Below the pieces are notes generated by a model. The model did no database searches. It worked only from the letters and a program-made list of their open reading frames with translations, and had not been told where the DNA came from. A DNA stretch of 60,582 nucleotides, filler included, from Porpidia crustulata (lineage: Eukaryota): NCBI GenBank assembly GCA_964255105.1. It is 5 parts of 5 records of this genome, joined end to end, with 100 filler letters (N's around TTAATTAATTAA, not from the genome) between each part and the next. Parts side by side here need not be neighbours in the genome. Positions count along the whole stretch, not along the records: positions 12,149 to 24,184 come from CAXUWE010000573.1; 4 more parts are not named here. One strand, written 5' to 3'. Of the stretch, positions 12,176 through 24,284 are shown in pieces. Both the position numbers and the translations under genes were made by a program. Position 1 is the first letter of the stretch. Every line of letters starts with the position of its first letter.

Positions 12176-15100
12176 TCAATAATGCAACAAGTTCCGGAGT
12201 GAAGGACTTTCGCTCGCGCCGTTCGGCATTCGCCCTTCGTTAAGTAGCCGGCCTCCGTTGCGTCCAAGGCCTTCGGGCGGGGTCTCTGGTCTTTCGTGGT
12301 TTCCACGCGGGCTGCCGTAGATGGCGCCATGATACTGCTGCCGTGGCGATGGATGTGACTGGTATCGTACCGCGAATGGGTTTTCCGCCGCCCCCGGAGG
12401 CCCATGCGGCCCGATCGATTGATCAGGCATCGGCGGGGATCGCATAATGTTCGGAGGTGGGCGAACGTGCTGGACCCGGCTAGCATGTTGACTGTAAGGA
12501 ACAGTCACCAGATGCCCCGCGCTGTTGGGCTGCAATTGGTACGGCGACGGTGCTCCGTTCAGTTGATGTTGGATCGGCAACTCATGGTGTGGAGGATGAC
12601 TATACGCCGGCGCGCGATACTGGACAGGCGGCGCGAAGTGTGACTGAAGTGGTAGCGGAGCAACTTGAGGCGAGTGTGATATCCCGTTTGACAGATGTGG
12701 CGGACCGCTGTACTGCGCAGGTCTCGACCGCTCGGGCCATCCATGGTATTGATCGCATTCCTGCATCGCCGGTAGTGGAGGCCACACGGGATGCGGTCGC
12801 GGAGATGGCGTATCGAGGTCCTCGACTTCGTGAGGCTCCTGGCGAATTATATCAGGCTTTGGGGATACACTACGTCGGGGTGTTGGATCCTTAAGCTTTC
12901 TCAAGTGGCATCTGTGGCAAAGAAACTCCGGCGAGATGACATCTATTGCAGAGGGCTCTACCTCAAGTTCTACAATCGTCGTACCCTCAGTGGCAACATT
13001 TTCCCGCATTGCCAATTCAGTGACGGGCTCGCTGTGCCTATTCGCATCACCATTGATTCCGAGCATGGCCTCAGCTCCAGGATGTGCACCCGAGCCCTCG
13101 CAAAGATTTGCTGAGTCTCCATTGATATGCCCATTCTGCAATGTTCCCTGTAGTAGCATTTGAATTCCTGTTGGTTCCATCGCAACTGGCGGAGATTTTG
13201 GGCCCGCTATAGTGGTGGGCATAATCTTGTGCCATTTTGGACTGGCATCGGCACTGCACGAAGCGCATTCCTTGAGACTCGGCTCACTGACAACGTTGTC
13301 GCTCAGATGAATCACCCTGTCGCCGTCTTCATCCACTTCTTCTGACTTCACGGTGACAGCTGCAGGCGATACTCTCGAACTTCTGGTAACGGGCGCAGAA
13401 GCTGACGGTAAAGAAGCTGGCAGTCCAGAAGTAGAGCCTCGGTGACCAGTGCCAGCGCCTCCGGTTTGTAGAGAACCCTTGGCTTCGTGATCTTGTTGTG
13501 ATGCTTTGCGGACCGTTCCCGTTAAAGAAAGGTCTGCCTGCTTATAGGTACGAACGAAGAGCTGCAGCGCATTAAGGGGCGAGTCCTTGAGCATCTCGTG
13601 CATTGGATGGATGATGTTCTTGCTGTTGTGGCCTGCACAGTAGATGACAGCCGAAAGGAGGCCAGTCTCGTTTCCCAGCGTTACTGGGGGATTAACTTCT
13701 TTCCTAGAGTTTTTGACCGGTGTCACATCAAAGCCAAGAACATAGCCTTGCTGTTGTGCACAACTCACGTGAAAGTTGGCTTGGCAATGATGGCAACTGA
13801 TACAGACCCCTGCCGCTGAGTCACATAGTTTGCAGACTTGTTGCCACCTAGGCGCTTTGATAGTCCCGATGTTCTCGGCTGTATCCAACGACTTAGCATT
13901 AGCGAAGCGAATTTCTGGGATCCAGACAGCACAATTCACATGGACCCAATTATTCCCGGTTGTTCGTTTGAGGGGTTCCCGAGGATTCGTAGCCCAGCCC
14001 TTGGCCTCGTGTTCGCGGCGATATCGTTGGGTGTGGTCGATAACCAGATCCTTTTCTAAACGCTCCTTTTCTCTCTCGCGTTCATTCTTTTTCTTATGAG
14101 AGACTTTGGGAGGTTCCATAAGGTCCTGCTCTGTTAGCCGAACCGGACATAAGACGCACTCGTAGGACGTTGAGATCTGATTGGCTGGGACAGAGTCGTT
14201 GGAGCACATGTCACAAGTCCATTTGTGGTTCGTGCGACTTTCTCCGATGCCGTAGCAATTTCGGTGTACTGTAAGCCTGCAGTGCTTACAGCAAAAGCGC
14301 TCATCTCCAGAAGGCTCCATTTCATCGCAAACAGCACACGGTAGGACCCTAATGCGAGGTTGTTCCGGCACCAAAGGAGGTTCTGGTGGCTTTTCAATCA
14401 CCTTTTTCTTCGGTGGCTCGTTGTAGGTGCCATTCTGAATTGCCTGAGGAGCCTGAAGTTCGAGACTAATCTTTTGTTTCTTCTTTGGACCTTCTTGACC
14501 AGGTGGAATGGTGAGACCTGTAGGAACCTCGACACCGACAGAAGCGGCAGCGGTCGCCGCCGCGCTACTGATTGCAATAGAATTGATCTTATTTGATGCA
14601 ACAAGCTCAGCAAGAAGTTCTTCGTCTATCTTACGCTTCCAGGCTCTACCACCGCCATTAGCGACTTTTTTGGCTACTTCTTCGAGGTTTTCCCATTGAA
14701 TGGCATATTTGCGCCAAAGTCCAGCACAGCGTTGACAAAGAGCAACCATGAGATGTACACCTTTGTCTTTACTGGATTTGGAATTCTGGTCGGCCGGTAC
14801 TGTCGTACCAGGAGCTGTAGCAGGTGCTCGTCTCCATTGCGGAGATGACCTTGCTGCGCAGAACTTGCACTCAAAATCACGCCTTCGAGCAGCCGCTTTT
14901 TCATTGTCAAAGGCCGAATCATCGTCATCATCAGCCACGTCGTCCACGAGTTTAGAATCAACCTGTTTTGCCTTGTTCTTGCCCTTTCTCCCTTCAAAAT
15001 GGCCCCAGATTTGCTTCCCCCGGTCCGATTTTTTCCACATATAGTAGAAGCGAACAATATCTCCATGCTTCTGTGACTTACCCACATGCCTGGAAACATT

Positions 15101-17513
15101 CCGAAGCTCGGATCCGAATTTCGAGATCCCTTCCTCAAATCTTTTGAGCTCTTCCTTGTTGAGTTCGGGTTCTCTAAGGTCTTTTCGCCGATTTAAAACG
15201 CGAAGCTGTGCTAGTGCTGGCTCCACCAGGTAATTATTTGTATAAAACAGTTCAAGCGCTTTGTCGAGGAAATTGGTAGAATACTCAGTCACCCCGACGA
15301 ATTTAGCAAGCGTTTTAGCTCGTATCATATAATCGTCAACCATCTTTTCACGATCCTCTCCACTGACGCTGGTTTCGCTAGCGTTGTCTCTCAGAGAAAT
15401 TTCACCGACTTGTGGTAACCGGAACTTGAGCCTCGCAGTGTTCAGGTGGTCACTATTTGGATGATCTTCACCACGGCGAACATAACCGGGAGGCTCATCC
15501 ATAACCCATTTCGGCCGTTTCTCCCTAGCAATTTTGCATTCTTCGAGGGCCACAACGGCTTCCTTGGCGAATTTGGCGTCTTTTTTGTGGCTGCCGCCTT
15601 TGACGTATTTTCTCCTGATTTCAGCGGGTTTGACAAGCTCTACCGGCCGACCGTGCCATACATGGACATTGGCTTGATGTTTCGGGCCTAGACACGAAGT
15701 GGCGCGTGGATAAATCCGATCGTCATAGTCGAGAGCGTCCTCAACGCCGCAATGAATTCCATAATATCGATACGGCCATTGTTTTGCCTGCGCTAGTTGT
15801 TCTGCTGTTGCTGGTCGAGGCCCCGATAGTTGCTTTTTGAGATCATCGGAGTTGCCGCCGGTCATGTTAATGGCAGCGGCCACATGCTCATCCTCCTCTT
15901 CGTCCAGGAATTCATCGTCTTCACCTTCCACAGCCCTGTCTCCCACAAGTGGAGTGTTTCGAGCCTCGAGCTTACGTTCCTGCCTCCGGCTACACGGCCC
16001 GCAGGACCAAGCAAAACCACGGGCCGGCTTCTTGAGCAATGGAGGGCGCACGCAATTCATGTGATACGTGTTTTTACACATCGCGCAATCGACAGAATCA
16101 TTTCTATACCCTCAAATTAGATTTAGGAGTGTGACTATGATTGGAAAAGCTTACGTCGCACAGTATGTCCCACATCGTTTGCATGACTTGATACTGCTGG
16201 TCAATTCCTTCCCACGTCCAAGTTCGACAAGAACAAATTTCCATCGCTCATCAAGCACTTTTTTGACTCTTTCCGGAACGTTTATGACCAGACTCGTAGG
16301 AATCACGTCATAATTACGAACAATATAACGATCATATAATTTATCAAACCAGAAGCTGTCCTTTGTTTTCCTGTATTCGTCTAGATTGTCTATCTCACTC
16401 CTGTGAAGGATACGGCATTTTCCTCGTAATGAAGTGAGCGGGCAGGTGTCAGAATGCATCGAGGCGAATATGTTACGCGTGTCGCTGGCGGTCTTTCCAA
16501 TATCCTTGGGCCGATAATACCAATTCATGCGTAACGAATCTATCGGTAGATTACGATCATTGTTGGTATGGAGAAACTCCATGATACGTGCGAGATAGTA
16601 CGGTTCTCCCGGAGGTTCGCATACCATATATACATGGTCTGACATGAAGTTAGTCGATGATAGAACACACGAGCATCAGCTTTGTAAAGGCTGGGAGTCT
16701 CTTACCATTGAGCCCAAGAAGAGTACCGTCGTCCGCTTTCAACTTTTCGTTTTTTAGATAACCTTGGCACGATTCAAAAGTGAGCATATTTGTTTCTCTG
16801 GGTTTAACTGTGGAAACCGTCGAAGCTGTCCGTCGAGGTGGCGGATACGAAGTATTTGGAGTGATATTTGAATAGGAAGCTGCGGTAGTTGGATTCCCTC
16901 CAGGTGCTTTGCGCTTTTTCGATTGGGTCTGAGGCGCAGGATTCGCCTCTGGGTTCAGTGAGAAACTTGACATGCCCGGAATGTAGTCTTTCGGCGCCGC
17001 AGTTGTCGCGGTACTCTTTCCCGACGCTGCGCCGGAGCCTGTCAGTGATGAACGTCGAGTATTTACGGTTGAGAATTGGCTCGTTTCGCTAGATTGAAGT
17101 GAATTCGAGCTTGCCGAGCCTGATGGAGCTTGCGATTTCTTGCCTCCAGCGGAATCATAATCCATATCCATTTCACGGTCTTCAGCGTAATTTGGCCTCG
17201 TGTTCCCATTTCTGTTCCGTGATCTCGTACCGTAAGGTGACGGACCAGGTGTATCCGTTGGATTTGTAGTTTGCGCGGGCATCATGGAGGAGGAAGATTC
17301 TATGGTCGTTGATTGTGAGCTATGAGGTGCTGACTTTTTAGGCGCATTCTTGGTCGATGGTTGGATGAGTTGAGGTGAATTAGATTGTGTTCGTGGCAGG
17401 ACCGAAGATGCATAATTAGAGCTTCCGAGAGGCGCTGAGGCAGAGGGTATGGTCTGGCTCGGTCCCTGTGTAGAAACGTGACCATCATGGCTTCCGAGAA
17501 GGTCGTCTGCCAT
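12176..17513 (-). CDS. SNT2: Snt2-like chromatin-associated E3 ligase (BAH, PHD fingers, ELM2, SANT, GATA-like zinc finger); 3 exons
   Basis: Exons 17513-16706, 16638-16155 and 16103-12176 joined by canonical introns. BAH DHVYMVCEPPGEPYYLARIMEF; PHD CKRC..C..DSVDCAMCKNTYHMNCVRPPLLKKPARGFAWSC; ELM2 DDRIYPRATSCLGPKHQA; SANT FEEGISKFGSEL..IVRFYYMWKK; PHD/ePHD LTVHRNCYG, NWVHVNCAVW. Confidence 0.93.
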
Positions 17514-18979
17514 GACGCCTCGCCTCTAGCATAAGATTTCTACAACGCCCGCCTCATTTGATCCGAGATTGTCACCAATGACGGAGCGACTGATTCGCAT
17601 GATACATTGGCCAAAATATGTGAGGCCAGAATATCTATGCAGCGTGGCGGGTTGCGTTTGTGAGGGCTACTTTTGTGCAGCATGTACGTGGGAAAGAGAG
17701 GGACCTCGCGCTTCTGGGGCAATCCAATTAGGCGATGCAATGACCATATCAGAGCAAATCGTCTTGTACTAGTCGCCGGAGAGAAGATCACGGAGCAGAC
17801 ACAGCAGAAAGTGAGGAACAGTCATAAAACGAGTACGGATCGTGCACACTCAGGCTGGAGCGATAGATTGACTTGGGAGACGGTAACGATGGTTATGAAG
17901 CAAGGTGGGAGCAAGGTTGAGGAAGGCGGCCGGACTAGGTGACTAGATACTCCAGGAATCAATACCGAGTTCTGGAAATTAATTTCACGCTTACACTCTA
18001 CGTTGGTACATTTAGGTGTTTACCTTAGGTACTTCGCAGTTCCATAGGTCATTTGCGGTCCTGCGGGAGGCGCTAACTGGACTTAATCGTATCAAACCAC
18101 TAAACTACCTACTCACTGTTCACACTAAGAAATCACATTTTCTCTGTAAAAGACACGAGCCTGTTTCCATCTTGATACATTCTGACATATGTTTCCTCCT
18201 GGCGTTGTATCTTATCGTCAAGACTCACTAGGCCATATTCATGTCGATGGACTACGAAATGCCCGCTTTGAGCATAAGCAGTCAAGTGGGTTTCAATGAT
18301 TCTTACTCAGGCGATAAGCTATTCTTCTGGCTAGAACCCGACTTCAGACTTCGTCAAGAACCTATGATATAAGGATCCCGTGGCTAGCAAGAAACCGACA
18401 CCTATTTGTAATAGACTGGCATAATTCATACCGGCTCATCATTGGTGATATTGTCCAGGCAGCCTGTCTTATATAATTCATTTCCCTCTCGCTAATCTGT
18501 CGAATCATGCTCTATCCCATTCCATTATAAGTCTCATATGCTCGAGACGGCAGAGGAAAACTCGAGATCTGGTCTCCGTTTCCTGCGCAATTGCTCCTCT
18601 ATACTGATTTCATGAAGCTGCGGCCCCTGCTTCAAGCCAGGATATCATCGAGAATGACAGATTTGCGAGTCAGCGACAACCTCAAGCTACACTGCCCTTC
18701 CTTCTATATGGTCGCCTCCTTGATTCATATAATAAAATCTATCTACTCGGTGGGCTTGAATGTGCTAGCCGGCCGACGTTCCGCCTCGTCCGTTCAGAAC
18801 ACGAAGGGGGAGTGGCACTAAGGCATCTATAAACGGCTAAGCCTATTCAGGCCTTAGCATATTCTTGTGTTGACGCCCTCGGCTGAAGTTTGAGTAAACA
18901 TCACAGCTTGCGGCTTGCGTACAAGGTATTCTTTTCTACTGTCCGAAAGCTTGGATTGGATGCTACTTTCAAGAGGTTC

Positions 18980-21900
18980 ATGGCACTATCATTTAACACT
19001 ACTTTGACTTCCATCGATATTGTGCGACAGCAAAATTACAGCACCACGTCAATTTCTTGGCTCGAAACGCACCTCCGATGACGTCCAAGATTCATCCCGA
19101 ACAACCTCGCATTGTAGCCAGCGAAATATGTAAGATTGACAAAATTCCTGCTCCCCATATCTCAGAGTATACTCAACGAAAGCTCGCGGCGTCCACGCCG
19201 ACTCCGTCATCGAACCCATTGCTTTCTCTGTCCCATCCTCGTTACGGATTGCCGTCGACACTCGTGCAAAACTTTCTGTCTTTGGGCGTCAATAGTATTT
19301 ATCCATGGCAGTCGGCATGTCTCCTAGGGCGTGGTCTGTTGACTGGAGAAAAGAACCTCGTCTACACGGCCCCAAATGGTGGAGGAAAATCCCTTGTCGC
19401 TGATGTACTTATGCTAAAAAGAGTCATCGAATACCCTACCAAGAAGGCAATCCTGGTCTTACCCTATGTAGCATTGGTGCAGGAAAAGCTCAAGTGGGTC
19501 CGGAAAGCAGTTGAAGGGGTCCAGAAGAATTCCGAGAGTCTCAGTCAATCTGGGCTGCAGTTGCCGAGCCATCGGAAGTTTCACAATCACCGCTCAGTGC
19601 GCGTTGTTGGGTTCTTTGGCGGCAGCAAGGCGAGAGTTACTTGGTCCGACGTTGATGTGGCTATCTGTACCATTGAAAAGGTCAGCTTAGGATGTTTGTA
19701 GCATCGAAGTGACCTGATTTGGAATATAGGCAAACTCGTTAGTGAATACAGCAATTGAGCAGTGTTCTATTGGCGATCTTGGGGTAGTGGTACTAGATGA
19801 ATTGCACATGATCGACGATAATCACCGCGGATATATCATGGAGCTTACGGCTACGAAGTTGTTGAGTTTGCCAGGGAAAGTACAAATCATTGGAATGAGT
19901 GCGACTTTATCAGTACGACCCGATTCTGTATTGAAGGGAAAAGTCGGCTGATATAAGCTATCAGAATACACAGCTACTCGCTACCTGGCTGGGTGCAAAA
20001 TTTTATAAATCGGTCTACAAGCCTGTCCCTATCGAAGAATACTTGGTTTATGACAATGCGATCTACCCTGCGTCAACGTCGAGTGCCTTCTTCGAAACCG
20101 CAAGGCAGCTTAGTTCCACCCAGTCACAGCGTTCTCCTTGTCCGACTCGAACTATCAAACCATCAAGTTGTGCTGCGTTGAAAACCCCAATGTCTAACGC
20201 TGTCGTGTCTCTTACCCTCGAAACAGTGAAAGCTGGCTATGGTGTGTTAATTTTTGGCAGCGGCAGACAAGGATGCCAGTCAACCGCTCAGCTAATTAGC
20301 GAAGCAATGCCCAATCCATCAGATAACGAAGAAACCATCCTGGACAAGAGGAGGGATGTCATCAGTGACCTTCGGAGCTTAGCGGTGGGCTTGGATGCCA
20401 CTCTTGGATTTACCGTGATGAGAGGTGTTGCCTTTCACCGTTCGCCCCCGGCTCCTTTAATGCCACAATAATTAGGCTGACTTCCCGAAGATGCTGGTCT
20501 CACGATGGAGGAAAAAGAGATAATTGCTGAAGCCTACGACAGAGGGATCATCAAAGTTATCGTTGCCACATGTAGCCTAGCTGCAGGTATCAATCTTCCT
20601 GCGAGAAGAGTCATACTTCAAGGGGCAAGGATGGGACGGGATTTGATTGGACCGGCAATGCTGTCGGTACCACCCGTAGTAAAAAGGGGTCATGTGCTAA
20701 ACCCGTCATAGAAGACAGATGCGCGGGCGAGCTGGTCGCAAGGGCAGGGATGAGATTGGCGAAAGTTATCTTTGTTGCCAGAAGACCGATCTTGAGGATG
20801 TGACACAACTGATTGAGGCCGATCTTCCAATCATCGAGAGTAGCCTGACTCCTGGAAAAAATGGAATCAAGAGGTAGAGATTCCATTTGCAGAGAGACGA
20901 TGGATCTGACAGGAACAGAGCATTGTTAGAAGTTATCACAGTCGGACTAGCAACGCACATGACTAGAGTTCAGGAGTATATTCAACGAACTTTATTATCC
21001 CACATGCTGGAACGGCAGGTACTTGATGCCTTAGTGCAAACTACGATCGAGGACCTTATCGCTACGGGCATGATTGTAGTCGATGGCACTGGCTCTTATT
21101 CAGCTACTCTTCTCAGTCAAGCTACGATTGCCTCGTCGCTGACACCTGAGGACGGCATCTTCGTTCATAGCGAATTGCAAAGAGCGCTCTGCGCATTCGT
21201 ATTGGACGGAGAGATGCACATCTTCTACATGTTTACACCCGTGCAACTTTCGGTGCCGGGTGACATAAAGTGGCCGATATTTCGGAGAGAAATGGATAGC
21301 TTGGACGAGAACGGCATTCGTGTACTTGAGTTCGTTGGTGTGAACCCTGGTCTAGTAAACAAAATGTATAGCAGCGGCGTAGTGGCATTGAAGGGCGAAA
21401 AACTAACCGTCAGCAGGGCCAACAGCGCAACGCCACTTCCAGAAAGAACTGCCGATGAAGTCCGAATGGCTCGAATCTATCGCCGATTCTACGCAGCCTT
21501 CCAACTCCGCGATTTATGTAACGAGGTCCCGATCCATGTAGTCGCTCGGAAATACGACATACCATGAGGATTTGTCCAGACTTTGGCTCAGAGTTGCGAA
21601 GGGTTTGCGGCAGGAATGATCTGCTTTTGCGACCGGATGGGATGGGGGATGCTCAAAAGCGTGCTGGACCATATGTGTGACCGTTTGAAAGCGGGCGCTA
21701 GAGCCGATCTTTTGGATCTGGCCCAGATATCGTATGTGAAGAGTCGAACGGCTAGAGTGTTCTGGGAGAACGGCATGAAGAGCATTCGGGCAGTGGCGGA
21801 GGCAGACACGAAAGATCTGGTCCCTATCTTGTTGCTCGTCTGAGGCCCTTTCTCAATTGCGCTCTTCCTACGCTGATACATCCGCAGGCGCAACCCAAAC

Positions 21901-22089
21901 GATTCAAAATCGACAATGAAGGAGAGGAGAAATACCGTCAGAAGCTCACCGTCAAAGCCGCCATCATTGTTGGATCTGCCAACCGATTGTGGGGTACGCC
22001 ATGACATTCTAGACGGTCGTCATTGCGAACGGAGATGCTGATTCTTGATAGAACGAGAACAGCAGATTGAAATGGAAGAAGACGTGTGA
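18980..22089 (+). pseudogene. HELQ/mus308-like (Pol theta helicase-domain) Ski2-family DExH helicase with an in-frame TGA at 21565-21567; pseudogene or sequence error
   Basis: Q motif SIYPWQSACL, Walker A APNGGGKS, DELH, GMSATL, HHAGL, VATCSLAAGINLPARRVI and QMRGRAGRKG are reconstructed across about 8 introns. Reads RKYDIP*GFVQTLAQSCEGFAAGM in frame. Terminal exon EREQQIEMEEDV-TGA at 22087-22089. No polymerase domain. Confidence 0.8.
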
Positions 22090-22477
22090 CAGGATTCGGT
22101 GGTTCTGCTTGACAGAGAGTCTCGCAGAGAATGAATAGTCGAGTCGGACTCAACCAAACGAATTCTGCGCCCTGCTCAGGCAACAGTTCACCGAGACCCG
22201 AATTGAACAACAAGACGAGGGTAAGCATACCGCAAGTTTGAGTGGCCAGCAGGTTCGAAATAACCGCTGGTTTGTCGGGAATGGAAATCCATTCGTGCAT
22301 ATGTCAATCTAACCAATCACGGGAGAGCGGACTGACGCGAAATGGTCGCTTAGAATGGATGAGACTGAAGTGGATGACTGATGGGGACTGTCGTCACGTG
22401 GGTTACTAGGCCCCGGAGTGATTGGTATTCACGTATTATTCACATATCACGTATGGAGGTAATTGATTATCAATGCT

Positions 22478-22484
22478 TTACTAA
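22478..22484 (+). promoter_or_regulatory. Candidate Yap1/AP-1 response element (TTACTAA) upstream of the quinone reductase
   Basis: Exact TTACTAA about 310 bp upstream of ATG 22794. The S. pombe family member obr1 is a Pap1 target. A 7-mer can occur by chance. Confidence 0.35.
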
Positions 22485-22793
22485 GGCTTACAATAGGTGA
22501 GGTGGCCAGCCATTGCCTAATTGGATTTAGCGCTCGGCTGTTCCTTACTCCATGTGTATATCCCTGCGGTAAACATGCTGTACCTTGCCTGGGAAATGGC
22601 CGATCTTGCAATTCTAGCCGTTGGGCGTCACATCGATATCGACATTCATTAATAGTGGGGTCAAAAGCTCCGCGTCCATAAAACCTTTGGACTTTCCTCT
22701 ATCTAACTCTTACTTTACTTTCTCTCCATAACATCAACCTCCTCTCATTGCAATCCATTCCATCTCAACTTATCCGTCATCGCATCTGTCACA

Positions 22794-23715
22794 ATGGCTC
22801 CCAAAATCGCCATCGTCTTCGTACGTCCACTGGCCGTCATAGTCGTTGAAGCTCATGGATCTGCAAAACTTTGGGAAGACCCTAGCTGACCAATAGGCAA
22901 ATACCAGTACTCCATGTATGGACATATCAAACAGCTTGCCGAGGCCGAGAAGGCTGGCATCGAAGCTGCGGGGGGCAAGGCCGACCTGTACCAGTGAGTT
23001 GTGCCAATTTCTCTGTGGTTACGATCGCCAAGACCTATCCGAATAATGCTTTACCTCACTTTTGTCTATACGACATTATCATTTCTGTCTTGAAGCTCCC
23101 CTCACCGAATGAAAAAAGTACCAACTGAAGTTTCCCCTCCCACTAGAGTCGCGGAGACCCTCCCGGCCGAAGTCCTCACCAAGATGCACGCCCCCCCAAA
23201 ATTCGACATCCCCACCATCACCGCCGACACTCTCGAGAGCTATGACGCCTTCCTCCTCGGCATCCCCACCCGCTACGGCAACTTTCCTGCCCAGTGGAAG
23301 ACCTTCTGGGATACCACCGGTAAGCAGTGGGCCACCGGTGGCTACTGGGGTAAATACGCCGGCCTCTTCATCTCGACTGGGACCCAGGGCGGCGGGCAGG
23401 AGAGCACGGCCTTGGCCTGTATGAGCACCTTGACGCACCACGGCATCGTCTACGTGCCGCTGGGCTATAAGACCGCCTTCCCCATCCTGTCGAGCCTGGA
23501 CGAGGTGCGCGGAGGCAGCCCGTGGGGCGCTGGGACTTTTTCTGTTAGTACTTCCGTTCTTTGCGTCCGTGATCGAAAATTTAAGAGACGCTAACGAACG
23601 ATGCTTTCAGGGCGGCGACGGCTCCCGCCAACCCACCAAGAAAGAACTTGAACTTGCCACCATCCAGGGCAAGTCCTTTTACGAAACGGTATCCAAGGTC
23701 TCCTTTTCCACATGA
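22794..23715 (+). CDS. PST2: Flavodoxin-like NAD(P)H:quinone oxidoreductase, WrbA/Pst2/Ycp4 (Alt a 7-like) family, 204 aa; 4 exons
   Basis: Exons 22794-22820, 22908-22993, 23147-23543 and 23611-23715. [74 protein letters not shown]. Confidence 0.95.
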
Positions 23716-23880
23716 CTAGATGGACCCTTGGACAAGTCGGCAGCGACGAACGGGACAAGCGCAAACGCGCAGACCACATCGGCGGAGCCTACGACCACGG
23801 CGCAGTCGTCGGCAGATACAGGAACTAGAAAGGAGACAGGGGGGCCGTGTGGGTTGCCATTCAAGTGCGAGATCATGTAG
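23713..23880 (+). other. Putative stop-codon readthrough signal (TGA-CTA-G) and in-frame C-terminal extension ending in CaaX (CEIM)
   Basis: ACA TGA CTA GAT... is followed by 54 sense codons LDGPLDKSAATNGTSANAQTTSAEPTTTAQSSADTGTRKETGGPCGLPFKCEIM and TAG at 23878-23880. Confidence 0.8.
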
Positions 23881-24184
23881 CTTTTGCTATTGCGGAGTTT
23901 TCAGCCTCAGGTAGCATGAATATGGAAGTTTTCTGTCTCCTGGTGTGACAAATTGCGCGTGGACAAATTGTACGAACACTGTGATGGTGTGATGTCCGTT
24001 TGGGAATTTATGCTAACATCCGGGGGCTTTGCTCCATTTGATCGATGCAGAACTCAAGATGGTGATTCGGATTGACCGATCGCATGTTTCTACTAGCCGG
24101 CAGCAATTTGGTGTAAGCTTTCAATGTTGCTATGCCTAACCAGTATCCACAGACGTCCCCTGATCATCTACCCCCATCTCCACC

Positions 24185-24284
24185 NNNNNNNNNNNNNNNN
24201 NNNNNNNNNNNNNNNNNNNNNNNNNNNNTTAATTAATTAANNNNNNNNNNNNNNNNNNNNNNNNNNNNNNNNNNNNNNNNNNNN
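24185..24284. other. Artificial contig-join spacer
   Basis: N44-TTAATTAATTAA-N44. Confidence 0.98.

Noticed and set aside
12172..16313. Many 60-150 aa ORFs antisense to or overlapping SNT2 (likewise within SPT16, cyp15 and the AA5 gene)
   Set aside because: Shadow ORFs expected from the codon structure of long real genes; no independent motifs.
23689..23719. Alternative splicing (GT at 23689 or 23698 to the AG of TGACTAG) as the way to bypass the quinone reductase stop
   Set aside because: Such introns would be only 22-31 nt, far shorter than the ~49-150 nt introns in this window, and would not keep the CEIM frame. Using that AG with the 23544 donor also shifts the frame.
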